Of a stretch of DNA of 64,000 nucleotides, positions 39,015-53,186 are shown in pieces. How positions within the stretch are numbered: position 1 is the first letter of the stretch; each line of letters opens with the position of its first letter. The translations under genes and the position numbers were made by a program. Source of the stretch: Octopus vulgaris (taxonomy: Eukaryota); NCBI GenBank assembly GCA_951406725.2, contig OX597835.1, forward strand, positions 42,532,001 through 42,596,000, in the 5' to 3' direction. The notes below the pieces were generated by a model that did not search any database, was not told the DNA's origin, and was given only the letters and a program-made list of their open reading frames with translations.

Positions 39015-39599
39015 TGTATGTAGGTATGTATGTATATATATATTTTACATGAATATATATTACATGTATATGTATGTATGTATATGTATGTATGTATGTA
39101 TGTAGGTATGTATGTATGTATATATATATTTTACATGAATATATATTACATGTATATGTATGTATGTAGGTATGTACGTATCATTATGTATGTATGTGTA
39201 TGTATATAATATCTGTAAATCAAGCCTATAGGATTACAACCTTATTTTATTGTGGCAAATAAAATATATTGTATTATCTGAGCCAGTAACTGAGAATCCA
39301 TGTCCTCATTTGACATGCTAGAAATAGCAGCAAGATCTTCAGAGTACAACCTATTGTCTTGTAAAAGAAGGAATACATTGAATGATGTCATCTAAAACAT
39401 GCAATGCCATGAGAAATCTGAGATCAGTTGACATTTGCTGCCTAATCCCAGCTGACTTGAAACAAACAATTGCAATGCATACAATATATACATATATAGT
39501 TAATCCAAACATGAAAACACAAAGAGAAAACACAACAACTCGAGGACGTGGAACAAACATAGTATTATTGGACGCTCAGGAAGGAAGGGAAGAAGGAGG

Positions 39600-39634
39600 G
39601 TTTAACGTTTCGAGTGGAGCTCTTCGTCAGAAAC
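39600..39634 (-). ncRNA. Minimal hammerhead motif, 200-bp repeat family (paralogs at 21209, 28358 and 45670)
   Basis: Minus strand gttt-CTGACGA-a-gag ctcca ctc-GAAA-cg-TT-aaac. The ACGU palindromic stem III implies dimeric folding. Confidence 0.65.
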
Positions 39635-40029
39635 ATAGGAAAAGGAAAGATCCTGAGAAGGGAAGACAGAGGAAAAAAAATCGCCAACGGTACACACGCA
39701 GTCACGTGTGCGTGTATGTATATGGATGAAAGATCACACACATATATACGTATATAAGGCAGCTGTTGATCTTGTCAGTGATGGTATCACAGCAAAAAGC
39801 ACCCAGTACACTCTGTAAAGTGGTTGGCATTAGGAAGGACATCCAGCTGTAGAAACCAAGCCAAAACATACAATGGAACCTGGTACAGCTGCTGTCAAAC
39901 TGTCCAAGCCATGCCAGCCTAGGAGACAGACATTAAATGATGACGATGATTATATATGTATGTGTGTGTGTGTATTTCTGCTTGTGAAACCACGAAGAAG
40001 ATAGCAAAGTTCTCTCAATTGTTGGATGT

Positions 40030-40380
40030 GTTCCACTGACACTCTAAGTTCAATCCTGGTCGTCTTTCACCAGGACAGCAAGAGAAACAAAGAAGTGATG
40101 AGAAAAGCTGGCAGGATAAATTTACAGGTTGTGGTGGCCAAGCAATGGATAAGGTTTGCTGAGCATGTGTTTTGGTTATGGCAGGACAGATGTGCTACCA
40201 CTGTGATGGAATGGGTGCTAGAGGGAAGAAAAAATAAAAAAGCAAGCAGAAGACCAAGGAAGATGACATGCGTTCTGGAATGAGGTTATAGCTATGGAAA
40301 TTGGTTTGAGTGGAGCCAAGAAGAAAGCAAATAATTGGGACATTTGGAGATGGCACCGGAGGATTTCAGAGCTAAGGGTA
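40030..40380 (+). mobile_element. Old RTE-clade LINE 3' remnant
   Basis: RNKEVMRKAG.....VVAKQWIRFAEHVFWLWQDRCATTVMEWVLEGRK...SRRPRK resembles the RTE ORF2 C-terminus (NEEVLRRA...RLRWLGHV.RM...R.P...L.W.P.GKR.RGRPR). Confidence 0.65.
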
Positions 40381-40647
40381 TTGAGAAAAATAATTACAAA
40401 TATACACGTGTGGATAAACATATATGTTTGTGGATATACGCATGTGTGTGAATATGCATGTGGTATATAGATATAAATACTTGTGAATATATACAAGTAT
40501 ATATATACGCTTGCTCTAACCTCCAAGAGACTGTGAACATAAATAGAGATGCATCATCATCATCATCATCATCGTCATGTATTTGTGTAAAGTCACATTT
40601 GACATGTTCCAGTGTAATTGGATGTGATGAAGCCTTTCACTGCAGGA

Positions 40648-41451
40648 AATACACCCAACAACACCTGAATACACCCTACAACACCTGAATACACCCAACA
40701 ACACCTGAATACACCCAACAACACCTGAATACACCCAACAACACCTGAATACACCCAACAACACCTGAATACACCCAACAACACCTGAATACACCCAACA
40801 ACACCTGAATACACCCAACAACACCTGAATACACCCAACAACACCTGAATACACCCAACAACACCTGAATACACCCAACAACACCTGAATACACCCAACA
40901 ACACCTGAATACACCCTACAACACCTGAATACACCCAACAACACCTGAATACACCCAACAACACCTGAATACACCCAACAACACCTGAATACACCCAACA
41001 ACACCTGAATACACCCAACAACACCTGAATACACCCAACAACAACACACACCTGAATACACCCAACAACACCTGAATACACCCAACAACACCTGAATACA
41101 CCCAACAACACCTGAATACACCCAACAACACCTGAATACACCCAACAACACCTGAATACACCCAACAACACCTGAATACACCCAACAACACCTGAATACA
41201 CCCTACAACACCTGAATACACCCAACAACACCTGAATACACCCAACAACACCTGAATACACCCAACAACACCTGAATACACCCAACAACACCTGAATACA
41301 CCCAACAACACCTGAATACACCCAACAACACCTGAATACACCCAACAACACCTGAATACACCCAACAACACCTGAATACACCCAACAACACCTGAATACA
41401 CCCTACAACACCTGAATACACCCAACAACACCTGAATACACCCAACAACAC
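40648..41451. repeat. 20-bp minisatellite (acacctgaatacacccaaca), about 40 near-perfect copies
   Basis: Direct tandem periodicity. Confidence 0.97.
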
Positions 41452-42439
41452 ATGCACATACACACACATATGTATTGTTGGCTTATGGGTGTTGGTGCCA
41501 CGTAAAAGAAACCGTGTTGGTGCCATGGAAATGTGCCTCTTTTGGTTCTACATAAGCACTGAATACCCTGTAAAGTGGTTAGTGTTAGGAAGGGTATCCA
41601 ACTGTTGAAATAATATCAAAACAGACAAATTGGGTCCAGGCACTTCTTCAGCAGGTCAGCCCCTATCAAACTGTCTAACCGAAGCCAGCATAAAAAAGAT
41701 GCAGACACACACACACACACATATATTTATAGAGTGAAGGTGCCTTGCCTGATGGTTAGGCTGTTGAGCTCACAATCGCTAGATCATGGGCTCAATTCCA
41801 TGTCTAGGCAGCAAGTTGTGTTCTTGAGCAAAAAACTTCATTTCAAGAGGGATTGTTGGCCAACTTCTCTAGCCAGCAGGGTGGTGTCATTTGAAGGTTA
41901 AAACAATGCAAAAAGTGCATTGTGACCAGCGATGTGTAACATCTGATAGCCAGGTTAGTCACATGTCACACACACATATATATATCAGTACACATATATA
42001 CTTATTGGTGCATGGCCAAATGGTTAGAGCATTGCACTCACCATCACAGAGTTGTGGTTTCGATTCCCAGACTGGGCAGTGCCTTATGATCTTGAGCAAA
42101 ACGCTTCATTTCACGTTGCCCCAGTGCACTGAGCTGTAAATGGGCAACCCCCTGCAATGGGCTCATATTCTGATGAGAGGGAATGTTGGCCTGCCCACCT
42201 GCTGGCCAGCAGGATGGCATCAACCAAAAGCAACAAGAATGTGAGGAAGCGCATTGTGACCAGCAGGGTATAACAGCACCGTATAGTCTGATCAATACAG
42301 CATACAGTGATATGCTCATACACACATATATATCTATGTATGTATGTCTAGGCATGGCTGTGTGGTAAGAAGCTTGCTTCCCAACTACATGGTTCTGGGT
42401 TCAGTCCCACTGCATGGCCCCTTGGCAAGTGTCTTTGGA

Positions 42440-43650
42440 GGAGGGGGACAGTCGATTATATTGGCTCCATTATTCAATTGGTATTTATTTTATCAACCTT
42501 GAACTGAGAGCATAAAGACAAATGGAACACCACCAAGCGCTGTGTCCAAGATGCTAAGGATTCTGCTAGTTTTTCCACATTGATAATAATAATAAGAATA
42601 ACAATAACAATAATAATCCTTTCCATGATAAGCACAAGGCCTGAAATTTAATGGGAGGGGACTAGTCAATTACATTGACCCCAGTGCGTAACTGGTACCT
42701 AATTTATCAACTCTTGAAAGGATGAAAGATAAAGTCGACCTCGGTGGAATTTGAACTCAGAACATAGCGACGGCCAAAATACCGCTAAGCATTTCATCCA
42801 GTGTGCTAACAATTCAGCCAGCTCACCACCTAATAATAATAATAATAATAAGGATGATATAATAATGGTTTCACATTTTGGCACAAGGGCAGCAATCTCA
42901 GGGAAGGGAATAAGTTCATTACTTACTTCTTTATTGTCCACAAGGGGCTAAACATAGAGGGGACAAACAAGGACAGACAAAGGGATTAAGTCGATTACAT
43001 CGACCCCAGTGCATAACTGGTACTTAATTTATCGACTCCGAAAGGATGAAAGGCAAAGTCGACCTCAACGGAATTTGAACTCAGAACGTAACGACAGACA
43101 AAATATCGCTAAGTCCATTACATCAACCCCAGTACTCAACTGGTACTTGTTCTATCAACCAGAAAAGGATGAAAGACAAAGTTGACATCAGCAGATTTTG
43201 ATCTCAGAATATACAGACAGATGAAATGTCTTGAAGCATTTTGTCTGGGGTGCTAAAGGTTCTGCCAGCTCACTGCCCTTACCTTCAGTTTGTACTTGTT
43301 CTACACCATGGAAACAAGTGTCCTTTGTTTCTAATCTTCTGTGGAAACACATCTGATCAAAAGGAAATATTACCTTACTTGGAAACAGGTGAAGGTTGGC
43401 AACTGGAAGAGCATCTTATTTCTTTACTGCCAGCAAGGGGCTAAACACAGAGGGGGCAAACAAGGACAGACAAAAGGATTAAGTCGATTACACTGACCCC
43501 AGTGCATAACTGGTACTTAATTTATCGACCCCGAAAAGATGAAAGTCAAAGTCAACCTCAGCAGAATTTGAACTCAGAACGTAACAGCAGACGAAATACC
43601 GCTAAGCATTTCGCCCAGTGTGCTAACGGTTCTGCCAGCTTGCTGCCATA
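42440..43650 (-). mobile_element. Cluster of about 5 SINE family B copies
   Basis: Repeated family-B units in the same orientation. Confidence 0.8.
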
Positions 43651-44420
43651 TTGGAAGAGCATCCTGCCAAAGAAATGTCCACCTCAGCAAACTCTATCCA
43701 ACCCATGCAAGCATGGAAATATGGATGTTAAAACAGTGATGATGATAACGAGGACAATGATTGTGATGATGATGATGATGATGACATATGGACAAAGCCT
43801 GAAATTTTTGGAGATGAGATTCGCTGATTAAATCAACACCAGCGCATTCCAGAAAGATGAAAGGCAAATTCTAACCTCTGCAAGGTTTAAACTTGAAACA
43901 TAAGGAGCTGCAACAAGTACTGCTAGATGCTTGTTCAACACTCTTGCATATTTACAGAGCACAGTTTTCTTTTTGCTCATTATGCACATACGTGTGTGTG
44001 TGTGTGTGTGTGTATGTATACATATATGCATATTACACACACAAACACACACACACTTGTAAAAATCACTCGAGCTGGTTCCACATACAAAGCAACCCTG
44101 CCAGTTCCTCGTACGTGGCACGCAAGCTGGTTCCACATATAAAGCCAGTTGTTTTATGTGCCAGTGCCACATAAAAAAAAAAACCACCATACACTTTGCA
44201 GAGTGGTTGGCATCAGGAAGGGCATCCAGCCATAGAAACCATGCCAAAACAGACACTGAAGCCTGGTGTGCCTCTCTGGCTTATCCCCTCTCATCAAACC
44301 CTCCAGCTCATGCCAGCTTGAAAAATGGACGTGAAGTGATGACAATACACACATGTATATGGGAAAAATTATACAAAATGTATAACTAGATGATGAGTAA
44401 AGCAGCAGCACAGTTTAGGC

Positions 44421-44646
44421 CAGTGGTTTTCAACCAGGGTTCCGCAGAACCTTAGGGTTCCACCAGTACAGTGCAGGGGGTCTGCAAGAAGTTACAAAAC
44501 TGCTAAAATCGGCAGTAATTTTTAATTTTCCTGTGCAGATACGTGTGCATAAGACTATTAAATTATTGCACAGGGGTTCCCCAAGCCAGTGGAATGTTTC
44601 CTTGGGGTTCCACTCCAGCAACTTTTCAAAAGTTTGAAAAGCACTG
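44421..44646. mobile_element. hAT-type MITE
   Basis: TIRs cagtggttttcaa / ttgaaaagcactg. Flanks gtttaggc / gttaggc form a near-perfect TSD. Confidence 0.8.
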
Positions 44647-44705
44647 GTTAGGCTATCTGTTGTTATCTGTAGATTTACTCCAGGAACTTCGCAGTGGTGG
44701 TTGGG

Positions 44706-45092
44706 GTAATAGTATCAATAAAATAGGAGATGGAATGTGTATTAGACTTTATTATGTATGACACGTTTTGACCCAAAGTTCTGGGTCTCTTTGGGTACAT
44801 TAATAAAAAAAGTCAACATTAGAGATTTCTTGTGTCAGCTTGCTTGCTGCTAAATGTCCATTCAAATTCGAGAATTCATATTTGAAAATTTTGTGTTTCA
44901 ATAATTTTTCTTTGCTTTAATTCATTCTCGAATTTGATGGACATATAGTGGTAAGCAAGCCGACACAAGAAATCTCCAGTGCGACTTTTTTTTTATTGAT
45001 GTACCTGAAGAGATCCAGAACGGGTTGAAACATGTATTGCACTTAATAAAGTCTAATACACATTCCATCTCCTATTTTATTAATGCTATTAC
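44706..45092. repeat. Diverged inverted repeat with arms of about 170 bp
   Basis: gtaatagtatcaataaaataggagatggaatgtgtattagactttatta... / ...taataaagtctaatacacattccatctcctattttattaatgctattac. Confidence 0.85.
45001..45042 (+). ncRNA. Hammerhead motif in the right arm of an inverted repeat
   Basis: gtac-CTGAAGA-gatcc agaac gggtt-GAAA-catg-TA. The left-arm copy reads gtac-ccaaaga-gaccc...gggtc-aaaa-cgtg-TC-atac. Confidence 0.6.
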
Positions 45093-45154
45093 ATGTATAT
45101 GTATGTATGTATGCATGTATATATATATATATATATATATAAAAGTATATATAT

Positions 45155-45326
45155 AGGCGTAGGAGTGGCTATGTGGTAAGTAGCTTGCTTACGAACGACA
45201 TGGTTCCGGGTTCAGTGCCACTGCGTGGCACCTTGGGCAAGTGTCTTCTACTATAGCCTCGGGCCGACCAAAGCCTTGTGAGTGGATTTGGTAGACGGAA
45301 ACTGAAAGAAGCCCATCGTATATATG

Positions 45327-45357
<31 letters not shown>

Positions 45358-45576
45358 ATGTTTGTGTGTCTGTGTTTGTCCCCCCACCCCGACATCGCTT
45401 CACAACTGATGCTGGTGTGTTTACGTCCCCATAACTTAGTGGTTCAGCAAAAGAGACTAATAGAATAAGTACCAGGCTTACAAAGAATAAGTCCTGGGGT
45501 CTATTTACTCGACTAAAAGACGGTGCTCCAGCATGGCCACAGTCAAATGACTGAAACAAGTAAAAGAGTAAAGAGT
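45155..45576 (+). mobile_element. SINE family A
   Basis: Full-length copy. Confidence 0.9.
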
Positions 45577-45871
45577 ATAGTTAATCCAAACATGAAAACA
45601 CAAAGAGAAAACTCAACAACGCAAGGACGTGGATCAAGTATAGTGTTATTGGAAAGGAAAGAAAGGAGGATCTAACGTTTCGAGCGGAGCTCTTTGTCAG
45701 AAACAGAAAACGGAAAGATCCAAGGAAGGGAAGACGGAGAAAGAAGATCGCCACCGATACACACGCGGTCACACATACACACACATATTCATATATATAT
45801 ATATAATGTAAAGGTGGTTCATTTGCAACTTACAACTGAAAGGCAGAAATATAGATGTCACTATACATATT

Positions 45872-46181
45872 TGTGGAGGCACATGGCCTAGTGGTTAGAG
45901 CAGTGCACTTGCGGTCAAGGGATTGCAGGTTCAAATCTCAGACCGGATGATGTGTGTGTTTATGAGCGAAACACCTAAGCTCCACGCGGCTCCGGCAGAA
46001 GATAATGGCAAAACTTCTGCTGACTCTTTCGCCACAACTTTCTCTCACTCTTTCCTCCTGCATCTTGCAGCTCACCTACGATGGACTGGCGTCCCGTCCA
46101 GGTGGGGAACCTATAAGCCAAGGAAACCGGGAAACCGGCCCTTATGAGCCAGGCATGGCTCAAAGAAGGAACAAACAAAAC
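45872..46181 (+). mobile_element. tRNA-derived SINE family E with a V-domain-like segment
   Basis: A box tggcctagtgg, B box ggttcaaatct, gatggactggcgtcccgtccagg segment resembling the V-SINE core, and an aacaaac tail. Confidence 0.7.
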
Positions 46182-47378
46182 TATACGTATTTGGTAGGGG
46201 GATGTTGTGTGTATGTCTATATGACTATATGTATGTATATCAGTATGTATGGTGGCTTGTGTGTATGTGTGTGTGTGTGTGTGTGGGTTTGACTGATTTT
46301 TACCAAATTTTGGCTTTGCTTGTTTTCAAGTTTTGCTTTCCAATTTCTCACCCATTCACACAAAAGCTTCCGGCATGTTTTCTTCTTCTTCCTCACCTTC
46401 TTTATCTCTCTCTCCCCTGTCTCCCCCCTCTCTCTCTCACCACAACATGCGCCACTTCCACCCTCTTTCACTCTTTGCCTTTTAACAATGCCCATCACCT
46501 CATCTATCCCATCCTCCTCCCTCCTCATGACCAATGGCTATTCCAGTGTTAGTCATCCTCCCCCCCAGCGAAAAAAAAAAAAAAAAACTAACAAGACCTC
46601 TTCCAAATCACTAAAGCAAATTAAACAAAAACAAAAAGAAATTAAAGGAAAATTATTTGAATTGTTAAATATCGTAGTTTGGGATGATGGGATGTTGAAT
46701 GTATCAAGTTGAGCTGTTTTAACTCCTGTTGGCCGTAAGCCAGAAACAAAAACACTCTCTACATAAGTAATAGAACACTTATATTTTTATATTGTCAAAC
46801 GAATTACTGGTTATGGCATATAACCAATCAGAATGTTACCACTGGTTTCATGTTGAATATTGCCACAAGACAACATTCAATGTGAAACCACTAGTAACAT
46901 TATATGTTATATAAATTTAAGTCACAATATATGGATTGAAGTAGTCAGTCGGTAATCATAAAAAATGCTCCATTCTACAAAACACATAAAATATATAGTA
47001 CATACGATACAAGAGAAAATGATAAGGAGTGTATAAAGTTACAAATGACAGAGAAATATGTATGTAGGCTGAAATAATAAATGTCACAGTTTGAACTGGT
47101 AAAATATATCGCTTGAACATGTAGATCTAAATCAGTTTAAACATTGAAAGTATATAAGTTCAGGCTGCTAGATATATTATTAGTCTGGTGTTTAAAAGTC
47201 AGTTTGACAAACAAAGTAAGATTCTCACTGATGTTCAGAAGTCTTTTTATAATAAATTACCCAACAATGAACCCTAAATGAAGAATAACTTTAATACAGT
47301 CAAATGCTAGAATACCATTTTCTAAATTTTATCCTAAACATACTAAAGGGTGTTGTATTTTATGCAAAGAATTACTCC

Positions 47379-47973
47379 TTAACCCTTTTTCTGTTGAAAT
47401 ACATACATTGTACTTATTTCAGTTCATTTGGAAAATAATGAAGAATTGGAACATAAATTGATATTTTGATGGAGGGCTTTTAGATCACTTTAATACTTTA
47501 GGTACCATATTTCTCCTCAAATGTGCTGCATTTGTTTCAAATCATTTTGAAAATAACAAAGAATTTACTCAAATAATTTTGTCATTCTGGTGTTTGGAAC
47601 TTAAATTGATATGAAATTTTGATGGAAGGTTTTTAATTTAGATGATTTTAAAACAGGAAGTTTGTATCATAGAACCAGGAATGGTCTCAGGCAAGATGGT
47701 ATTAAAAGGATTAAATGTGGAACCAGCTCTCTAGCTCTGTGTTTGTTTTGTCCTTTTGCTATCATATTTCTGTTAAAATATGCTCAGTTTGTTTCAATTC
47801 ATATGAAAAATAGCAAAGAATTTAGTAAAATAACTTTGTCTTTATTAAACTGGTGTTTGGAACAAATCAGTTTGAAACTTGGATGGACGAGTTTAATTTA
47901 GATAATTTTAAAGCTGAAATTTTCTTGCATAGAATCAGGGGACAATTTCAGGAAGGCTGGTATCAAAAGGGTT
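47379..47973 (+). mobile_element. Tandem cluster of piggyBac-type AT-rich MITE units
   Basis: TTAA|CCCTTT start and caaaAGGG|TTA end; three partial repeats of a 150-210 bp unit. Confidence 0.65.
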
Positions 47974-48689
47974 AGGTTCATTTTGCCAATATTTGTATCA
48001 ATCTTGTACCTTATTTACCATACTGTAAGTAATGATTTATCCATTTAGGGATTGTTTATCCCTAACTTACATTTTTACACCAAGTAAATAGAAAACAAAA
48101 ACTGTCTTTTTCTACCATAAAATATGTTTCTCTGTTACAAAATAATTTTCCACCTGACAATTGAGTTTTTAAAACCATGTAAGATATTAGATATCTGATG
48201 AAATTTGAACAATTCTTCCTTAGAATGCTTAAGAGACAAAGAATATGAAACAATCTCTGTTATATATTTCTTGGATTCTATTTTTTAAGCAACATTTTTC
48301 TATAAATATTTTGGAGAATAATCATTGATGCAGAGCTTAGTTTAGAATTTGTTCAGAAAAGAAAGTCTAAACAACAAAAGAATTATTTCAGTTCAATAAA
48401 GATGTTTAATAGTTACAAATCTCTGATGGTTTGGCAGTAAGTGTTGATTATGCAATTTACATTATGTAGGCAATAATCATAGAATATTAATGAAATGTAT
48501 GTAAGATGGGTTAGCTAAGTATTTTACAAACCATCTCCCAGGTTATGTTTTCTAATCTAAATATGCTGCGTAATACTCAATCCAGATTTAATAATAAAGA
48601 ATACAATTACATAACAAAGAGTAAAATTGCATGAATAGAAATATACATGAAATTCTTAATAATTCTCTGAAATATTCAATTCCTGTGAA

Positions 48690-49260
48690 GTTGTTACCAT
48701 ATTTCTCTTGAAACACACTGCGTTTGTTTTAATTAATTCAGGAAATAATAAAGCTTAAGTAAAATAACATTGTCATTATTTGGTGTTTGAAACATAAACT
48801 AAGATTAACCCATTCGTTACTGTATTTATTTTGAGATGCTCTGTGTTTCTTTCAATTATTTTAAATATAACAAAGAATTTAGTAAAATAACTTAGTTATC
48901 ATTAAGGTTGAGTAGCCCATCCCGCTCAAACGGTCCCTGAATAAGGGTTGTTTAAGGATGTTGAAAGAACCACCCATGTTTCCAGAGGTGAATTATTCAA
49001 ACCCCAAAGAATCCCTCTCAACACATGGCTATGATGCTCCCCCACTACTTCTGGTCGTGATTATGGTTTGGTAGAAGATTTTAATTTGGAACATATGAAA
49101 AATGACATTTTGTACTATGAAGCCAGAGCTGGTTTCAGCCAGGTTGGTAATGAAAGGGTTAAATATAGGGGGATGTATTAAGTCTTGGTCACTTTAAAAC
49201 AATGAATCTGTATTGTATGACCAAGGACAGTCGCAGCTGGGTTGGTATCAAAAGGGTTAA
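48690..49260 (+). mobile_element. piggyBac-type MITE cluster (same family), with an unrelated insert at about 48906-49062
   Basis: ttaaccc at 48805; aaagggttaa at 49153-49162 and 49251-49260. Confidence 0.6.
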
Positions 49261-49514
49261 CAAATGTGTAGTTTATGTTAGGGGGAAAATTAGTCAAGTA
49301 ATTTTTGGCTTAGAAATATGTCTGTGAGTTTCAGGTGAAATTCTGTGTTCCTCACTTGTTAAAAATATTTATTTTTTAAAAAAGTTGTTTAGGTGATATT
49401 GCTAACTTATCAGGACAGACATTGGGCAAAAGAACAATAAAAGACAAAGAGGAGACATTTAACCTGCTGCTGCTGTTTCTTATGATGATGATGATGATGG
49501 CACATATATAAATA

Positions 49515-49560
<46 letters not shown>

Positions 49561-49815
49561 CACACATACACAAGCAAAGCATCACACTACAATGTAGATG
49601 TTACATTTGTGAACTTTGACCTCAAGTGATAAGTTAATCACAACAACTGTGAACTGATAACAACAATGCTAAATTAATTAATAATAATGATAATAGTAGT
49701 AGTAGTAGTAGAAATGATAATGATTTCAAATTTTTGCCACAAGGGCAGCTTGGAGGAGGAGATTAAGTCAATTACATCAACCCCAGTGTTTCACTGGTAC
49801 TTAATTTATCGACCA

Positions 49816-49844
49816 GTAATAATAATAACAATAATAATAATAAC

Positions 49845-49883
<39 letters not shown>

Positions 49884-49955
49884 TAATAATAATAATATAT
49901 AACAGCAACAACAACTGTGTGAACTGATAAAAGCAATGTGAATGTTTGTAATAAT

Positions 49956-49991
<36 letters not shown>

Positions 49992-50225
49992 AATAATAAC
50001 AATAATAATAATAATAATGATGATGATGATAATAATAATAATAACAACAACAACAACAATAATAATAATAATAATAATAACAATAATAATAATAATAACA
50101 ACAATAATAATAATGATAATAATAATAATGATAATAATAATAATAACAATAATAATAATAACGATGATAACAATAATGATAATAAATAACCACAACCACA
50201 ACAACAGTGATAATAACAATGATGA
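49816..50225. repeat. (AAT/AAC)n array
   Basis: Direct observation. Confidence 0.97.
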
Positions 50226-51384
50226 AACTCCTTTGCTCCATGTTCCCTGTTAATGGAAAGACTACAGGAATTCTCAGAATAAATACAAACAACTGATTAG
50301 AATAATGTGCTCATTACTGCACTAACGAGCAATGTTCTATGTAATTATACAATGTTAGAGTCAGAAACAGTCGTTGACAATCAAATAATTTTATTCAGCA
50401 AAAATATTTATTTCCAGAATTGGAAACATTGTCTGTGTTTATTGGGAAATGGCGGCCAACCTTTAACCAAAGTATACCACAATGCATCTGGGCTGGAAGT
50501 GGCACTGAGGAGTTCATGGCACTCAGCTTTGTTGGTTGTAGCAGCCAAATGTCCCTCTTAAATTAGAAAAACACACACTGGAATATGTAAGCTGGGATAG
50601 ACATGGAAAAATGACTGGCTGGTCATGATTGGAATGTCTTTGATCACATATTGTTGTTGGGTGTTAGATGAAATACTGCACTGGAACTGACCAGTCCGAC
50701 CCATACCAATATGGGAGTATGTGGCAGATAACAACAGAAGATGATGATGATGATGATGACGATGATGATGATGATGAGAAGAAGGGGGAAGAATGATTAT
50801 GGTCATGACAATGATAATGATGATGGTGATGCTGCTGCTGAGTGTAACAACAACAACGATGATGATGATGATGATGATGATTATGAGTAGGAGGAGGATG
50901 ACAATGATAGCAAATGACAATAATGATGATGATGATGATGATGATTCAGCATTCATAAGGTTCTAGATTAATTTTAATTAAACAGTTATACTAATGAGAT
51001 AAACACCAATATAATGTCATTACAAGAATCAAAACTTTGCTATTGATCTACTTCTATCATTGGGTTCCTCAAAACATAAGTTTATCAAGAGATGATAAGC
51101 ATTATGTAGCAACATTTAAATCAAATTAAATTAATGAACAGAAAATTTTCTTTATTACAGAAATATAATGGCAGAATGTAAAAGTTTAATTAAAACAACA
51201 ACATACCCAATGTTAAAGATCGTTAGATATATGTGAAATATTTGTCCAACCCATGCCAGCATGGAAAGCGGACGCTAAACGATGATGATGATGATGATGA
51301 TTCGAACATCTAACTAATTAATAAATCTCTTGTTAAAGTGATGATCTTAAGATATATCATAAAACTAAAAGTGTAAAATAAATC

Positions 51385-52171
51385 TTTGTTACCATATTGC
51401 TGTCGGAATATACTGTTTTTGCTTAAATTTATTTAGAAAACTAATAAAAAATTTAGTGAAATAACTTTGTCCTTATTAAGCTGCCATCTGATACATAAAT
51501 TAACATGGAACGTCGAAGGTTTTACTTTAGATCACTTTAACTCTTTTGTTACCATATTCTGCTTTTGTTTCAAGTCATTTGGAAAATTAATAAGTTTGTC
51601 ATTATTAACTTGTCATTAAGGACAGAAACTAATACGAAATTTTGATGGAAGGTTTTAAATTAGATCACTTTAACCCTTTTGTTACCATATTTCTGTAAAA
51701 AAAACACTGCCTTTGTTTGAAGTCATCTGGAAGATTAATCAAGAATTTAAGAAAAAAACTCTCGTTATTAAGCTGAGATCTGGAACACAAATTAATATGA
51801 GGTTTTGATGGAAGGTTTAAAGTTAGATGATTCTAAAACAAGGAATTTTTATTATAGATTTAGGCAATTTCAGGCAGATTAGTATAAAAATAGTTGACCC
51901 TTCTGTTAAAATACAGTTCCTTTGTTTCAGTTCATTTGGAAAACAACGAAGAATTTAGTAAAATAACTTTGTTATTATTAAGCTGGTGTTTGAAACACAA
52001 ATTAACACAAATTTTGATGCAAGGGTGTGAGAAGGTGGATATGGCTGGTTTAAACATAAAAAAAGATTATTTGGACTGGATATGGCTGGTTTAAATACTC
52101 AAGGGTCAAACAAGGAGTTTGTATCATAGAACCGGGGTCAGTCTTGTGTGGGTTGATATCAGAAGGGTTAA
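51385..52171 (+). mobile_element. piggyBac-type MITE cluster (same family, about 4 units)
   Basis: Repeated tgttaccatatt...gtcattattaagctg...ttttgatggaaggttttaa units; ttaacccttt at 51670 and aagggttaa at 52163-52171. Confidence 0.65.
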
Positions 52172-52871
52172 GTGTTAAAAGTTCATCTTCCCTTGATTGA
52201 TGCTGCGAAAGATCAATAAAAAGCAGCTCTTGTAAAAAAAAAAAAAGAAGAAAAAGAAAAAATACAAAAAGAAAAAAAATGAAAAATCACCATTTTTCTT
52301 TTTTTTTTTTGTTATGCACCTTCATTGACCACAATCTTCTTCTTCTTCTGTCTTGCCTGAATTTTCTGATTGGAAACAGATTTTTCAATATTTTATTCTC
52401 TCTTGCTCTTGCTACAATGCTGCTATGCATTATTTTTACCTATTTACACCTTTTTGCCAATCACTTTATGCAGTGCATCTTTTTTACTTATATACTTGCT
52501 AAGCGCCAGTATATAAATATCTTTTTTCTATTTAATCTTTACAAAGTTTGTATCACTTTTACTGGCTTGCTGCCCTGATTCTTCTCTCTTGTTTTCTCTG
52601 CGTGTATTTTTTCTCACCAATTTTCTAAACTTCTGCCAATCAAAGTGTGTTTATTTATCTTCAGCAACATTACTACCATTATCCATTGATCTATCATGCA
52701 TCTGTACATACATAAATGTCTGTCTCTCTTTCTCACCATCCATTCATCTATCCATCAACCCACCTACCATTCTTCCTGCTTTCCTATCTATTTATATTTC
52801 TCTGTATCTATCTACTTATCTGTCTATCTAGCTATCTACCTACCTATCTGTCTATCTATCGATCTATCTAC

Positions 52872-52928
<57 letters not shown>

Positions 52929-53016
52929 AATCTTCCCATTGCTCTATCTATCTGTCTATCTATCTACCTACCTATCTGTCTATCTATCGATCTATCTAGC
53001 TTTTTCGTAAGCATAT

Positions 53017-53079
<63 letters not shown>

Positions 53080-53186
53080 ATATATATATGCACACACACT
53101 CACACACACTCACACACACGTAGGTATATATGTTTACTTACAGACCTAAAGACATATCCTAAAAATATGCTACATTTAAAAATATA

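Noticed and set aside
40516-41526. YSGVVGCIQVLLGVFRCCWV repeat ORFs
   Set aside because: Translation of the 20-bp minisatellite.
50700-50735. ataccaatatgggag (IPIWE) as the next synaptotagmin exon (LPIWA...)
   Set aside because: No acceptor, no hydrophobic TM segment follows, and it matches a degenerate SINE C tail leading into (GAT)n.
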